32,000 nucleotides of DNA. Origin: Nitrosotalea sp. GTDB taxonomy: Archaea > Thermoproteota > Nitrososphaeria > Nitrososphaerales > Nitrosopumilaceae. Where the stretch lies: assembly GCA_035252645.1 (NCBI GenBank), contig DATFCV010000055.1, forward strand, positions 1 to 32,000, in the 5' to 3' direction. Of this stretch, positions 29,179 to 32,000 are shown piece by piece. Position numbers and translations under genes: made by a program. Every line of letters starts with the position of its first letter. Within the stretch, counting starts at the first letter, position 1. The notes beneath the pieces are model-generated. The model was given only the letters and a program-made list of their open reading frames with translations. It was not told where the DNA came from and did not search any database.

Positions 29179-30246
29179 TTGGGTAAGAAGATCAAGATTG
29201 CCATAGCGGGAATGGGCAACTGTGCGTCTGCACTGATCCAAGGCTCGAAATACTATAAGGATAATCCAAACGATACCGTAGGTCTCACCGCCTACAACTT
29301 GGGCGGATATGAACCGGGGGATATTGAAGTTGTTGCCGCTTTTGACGTTGCCGACACCAAGGTAGGAAAGGACATTTCAGAGGCAATCTATGCAAGACCC
29401 AACAACACAATCACCATCGCGGAGGTGCCAAAAACAGGTGTTCTGGTACAGAAAGGACCGACTAAGGACGGCCTTGGCAGGCACCTTGGCAGGGTAGTCA
29501 CTCCGTCAGGCGAGCCTGACGTGAACGTCAAAAAGATCCTTCAGGATACAGGTGCCGAGATGCTTGTCAACTACCTTCCTGTGGGGAGCACAGAAGCCGT
29601 AAGGTTTTACGCAAGCCAAGCTCTCGAGGCAGGAATAGGGTTCCTCAACGCCATCCCGGTTTTCATCGCATCCGAGCCAAAATGGCAGCAGATGTTTGCC
29701 GAGAAGAAGATCCCGCTTGCAGGAGACGACGTAATGAGCCAGCTTGGCGCAACCGTGGTTCACAAGACGCTTGTCAAGCTATTTGTAGACAGGGGAGTGC
29801 TAGTGGACGGCACGTACCAGCTCAACATTGGCGGAGACATGGACTTTTACAACATGCTTGACGAGGAGAGACTTGAGGACAAGCGAATAAGCAAGACCAG
29901 CGCCGTCAAGGCGATGGCAGACTATGACATACCGATGAGGATCGGGCCTAGCGACTATGTGGACTTTATCGACAACGAGAAGATCTGTTACATCAACATA
30001 GAGGGCAAGTACTTTGGCAAGATACCGATCAAACTAGACCTCAAGCTGAAGGTAATAGATGCCTACAACAGCGCCGGTATCATGATTGACGCAATAAGGG
30101 GCTTGAAGGTAGCCCTTGACAGGAAGCTCTCAGGGCCAATGACCAGCATCTCATCGTACTGCTTCAAGCACCCGCCCATTCAGATGCCGTACACTGAGGC
30201 AAAGAGCGCATTCAAAGAGTTTGTTGATGGAAAACGCGAAAGGTAG
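29179..30246 (+). CDS. ino1: myo-Inositol-1-phosphate synthase (archaeal short type)
   Basis: 355 aa with a TTG start. IAIAGMGNCASALIQG, NYLPVGS, AGDDVMSQLGATVVHKTL and LNIGGDMDF match archaeal MIPS. Confidence 0.92.
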   Translation: MGKKIKIAIAGMGNCASALIQGSKYYKDNPNDTVGLTAYNLGGYEPGDIEVVAAFDVADTKVGKDISEAIYARPNNTITIAEVPKTGVLVQKGPTKDGLGRHLGRVVTPSGEPDVNVKKILQDTGAEMLVNYLPVGSTEAVRFYASQALEAGIGFLNAIPVFIASEPKWQQMFAEKKIPLAGDDVMSQLGATVVHKTLVKLFVDRGVLVDGTYQLNIGGDMDFYNMLDEERLEDKRISKTSAVKAMADYDIPMRIGPSDYVDFIDNEKICYINIEGKYFGKIPIKLDLKLKVIDAYNSAGIMIDAIRGLKVALDRKLSGPMTSISSYCFKHPPIQMPYTEAKSAFKEFVDGKRER

Positions 30247-30301
30247 GTAACACATTGCAATTGTTGTTAGCATGGTCAACGAATCTTGTCAATAATCTGT
30301 T

Positions 30302-32000
30302 ATGTTACATGCGAGGTCACCGGATACATTGGTACACATACGCAAGCTAGAGATCTTTGGCTTCAAGTCTTTTGGGTACAAAAACACGATTGTTAACCTC
30401 GAGCCCGGTCTCATAGCGATCTCAGGCGCAAACGGATCTGGCAAGAGCAACATACTTGACGCAATCTCCTTTGCGCTTGGCGAAAACTCGCCAAAGGTAA
30501 TGAGGGTGGATAAGCTGCGTTCGCTGCTCCACGACGTTGACAACCAGCGCCACGGTGCAAAGATAGCGCGTGTCAGCTGCCATTTTGATAACACAGACAG
30601 GAAGATCCCTGTAGACTCGAACACTGTTACGATCACGCGTGAGATGGACGAGTCAGGCGAGAACATCTACTATCTCAACCAGAAAAAGGTCCTCAGAAAC
30701 CACGTGCTTGACCTTCTTGAGGTCGCCAACTGCGGTATACACAAGCTGAACATCGTGCAGCAGGGTACCATTACAAGAATTTCGGAATTTAACTCAGAGG
30801 AGAGGAGGAGGATAATCGAGGATATCATAGGGCTTGCATATTTTGACGAGAAAAAGACAGAGGCACTCAAGCAGCTTGACGAGGCAGACAGGAGGCTTGA
30901 GATTGCGCTTGCAAGGATGGACGAGATAAAAAAGCGAATCGACGAACTTGAGGTGGAAAGGAACGACCAGCTCAGATACGACTTTGTGGACAGGGAACTC
31001 AAGAGGCTCTACGCAATCCAGGCTTCAAACAAGCTGCGCGATATAGACACACAGAAGGTCTCAAAGGAAAGGAGCCTTAACGCCATCCAGTCGGAGTACA
31101 AAAAGTTCGATGAGCAGCGCGTCCAGATGAGGGAGGAGATAAAGAAGCTAGAAGAGGAGAAGCAAAAGTTCATGGAGGAAGTGAACGCCTACAACATTGC
31201 CAAGGCCTCGATAGATTCGGAACTTTCTGCGGCGATGCACCAGTCCGAGGCCGCAAACAGCAAGATTGCAACAGGGGCAAGGAGGCTTGCACAAATCGAG
31301 TCCAGGCTCCCAGAAATTCAGGCCGAGCTTGCAGACTTTCATGCAAAGCGCGAGACGCTCGAGTCCCAAATTTCAGAGCTGAAAAATTCCATTAACACAA
31401 TCAACGAGTCAAAGCGAAGCACAACGGCTGAGCTTGCACAGGTCGAGTCGGAGATAAACCAGACCATGAGGCAACAGTCGCAGGTGGCAAGCAACAAGCT
31501 CAAGGTGGACGAGAAGCTGCGAAACCTAAACGGTACTCTTAACGAGGCCAAGCTTGCGATTTCAAAGCTCGAGCAGGAGAGGCTCGACATACAGAACAAG
31601 ATAGAACAAAACACAACGAGGGCAAAGGCCATGGAGGCAGAACGCGAAAAACTCCTTGACCTTGAGCATAAGCTCAGGGTGGTGAGGGCAGGCCACGAGG
31701 CCGCAATCGGGGAACTCAAGTCCCGGCTCTCCGAGCTGCGGGACAAGGGAGCAAAGATAGAAAGGGACATCGAGGAAACGACGCTGATTTTTGAAAAGGC
31801 AAGCAAGGCTGCCGCACAGTACGAGGCAAAGATCAAGGTGGTAAAGGAAGTAATGCACGAGGACTATTCGATTGCAAAGCTAAAGGAGGACTCGAAGAGG
31901 CTCGGCATCCAGGGGCTTGTATATGAACTCCTTTCGTGGGACAAGCAGTATGAGAGGGCCGTACTTGCGGTAGGCTCTGACTGGCTAAAGGCGCTGGTTG
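30302..32000 (+). CDS. smc: SMC chromosome segregation ATPase; the N-terminal head and coiled coil continue past the window end
   Basis: It is not in the ORF track because it is open-ended. My translation is (M)VHIRKLEIFGFKSFGYKNTIVNLEPGLIAISGANGSGKSNILDAISFALGE... followed by a long E/K/L/R-rich coiled coil. The start is ATG 30302, or TTG 30329, which gives the family-typical M-x-I-x-K-L-E-I-x-GFKSF. Confidence 0.95.
   Translation, partial: MLHARSPDTLVHIRKLEIFGFKSFGYKNTIVNLEPGLIAISGANGSGKSNILDAISFALGENSPKVMRVDKLRSLLHDVDNQRHGAKIARVSCHFDNTDRKIPVDSNTVTITREMDESGENIYYLNQKKVLRNHVLDLLEVANCGIHKLNIVQQGTITRISEFNSEERRRIIEDIIGLAYFDEKKTEALKQLDEADRRLEIALARMDEIKKRIDELEVERNDQLRYDFVDRELKRLYAIQASNKLRDIDTQKVSKERSLNAIQSEYKKFDEQRVQMREEIKKLEEEKQKFMEEVNAYNIAKASIDSELSAAMHQSEAANSKIATGARRLAQIESRLPEIQAELADFHAKRETLESQISELKNSINTINESKRSTTAELAQVESEINQTMRQQSQVASNKLKVDEKLRNLNGTLNEAKLAISKLEQERLDIQNKIEQNTTRAKAMEAEREKLLDLEHKLRVVRAGHEAAIGELKSRLSELRDKGAKIERDIEETTLIFEKASKAAAQYEAKIKVVKEVMHEDYSIAKLKEDSKRLGIQGLVYELLSWDKQYERAVLAVGSDWLKALV

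Noticed and set aside
30289-31858. Minus-strand ORFs (30289-30666, 30670-31002, 31339-31836 and others) with Ser/Leu/Phe-rich low-complexity products.
   Set aside because: They are the antisense image of the E/K/L/R-rich SMC coiled coil. The plus-strand frame gives an unmistakable SMC head (GANGSGKSN) and continues open to the window end.
1-32000. I looked for CRISPR arrays, rRNA genes, transposases or integrases, and long tandem or inverted repeats.
   Set aside because: None were seen. The only exact repeats noticed are short: the 18-mer (two copies), the 14-mer (two copies), 8-10-mers and the protein-level tandem repeat in the PEBP gene.

Overview
The window reads as a dense chromosomal segment from an ammonia-oxidising thaumarchaeon (Nitrososphaera-like). 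It is about half G+C by eye. Lineage markers include an archaeosortase-family protein, the thaumarchaeal 'PSWV..NA.WW..G' repeat module and a ceruloplasmin-like multicopper oxidase. The archaeal core genes are Cdc48, aEF-1beta, Pth2, Alba, Dpo4, NreA, deoxyhypusine synthase, inositol-phosphate synthase and SMC. I support about 50 protein genes, two class-II tRNAs and one fluoride riboswitch. I saw no rRNA, CRISPR array, transposase or integrase. Many start codons are GTG/TTG and therefore uncertain, and several ORF-track entries are 5'-over-extended or antisense shadows. The left ~1.2 kb is a visibly AT-rich accessory patch. It carries a RelE toxin and a Doc/Fic-like gene whose catalytic His is Gln, and the Doc cassette is bracketed by an 18-bp perfect direct repeat. 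The strongest second-look candidates are these. (1) At 23.9-27.7 kb, a CysRS-fold ligase lacks the anticodon-binding domain, has substituted metal-site residues and overlaps a GNAT, next to a stand-alone RAM domain and a CysK-like PLP enzyme fused to rhodanese. This is MshC/MshD-like logic. (2) The crcB fluoride riboswitch has an apparent translational expression platform and a stop/start-coupled 16-codon uORF. (3) A class-II tRNA body carries a GAA anticodon loop. (4) A signal-peptide-bearing acidic Cys-rich mini-protein lies near a radical-SAM/SPASM-like enzyme. (5) The sortase homologue has no possible catalytic Cys. (6) A repair neighbourhood contains two C-terminal PIP boxes. All functional calls come from motif recognition by eye and from remembered family consensus sequences. 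No searches were run.
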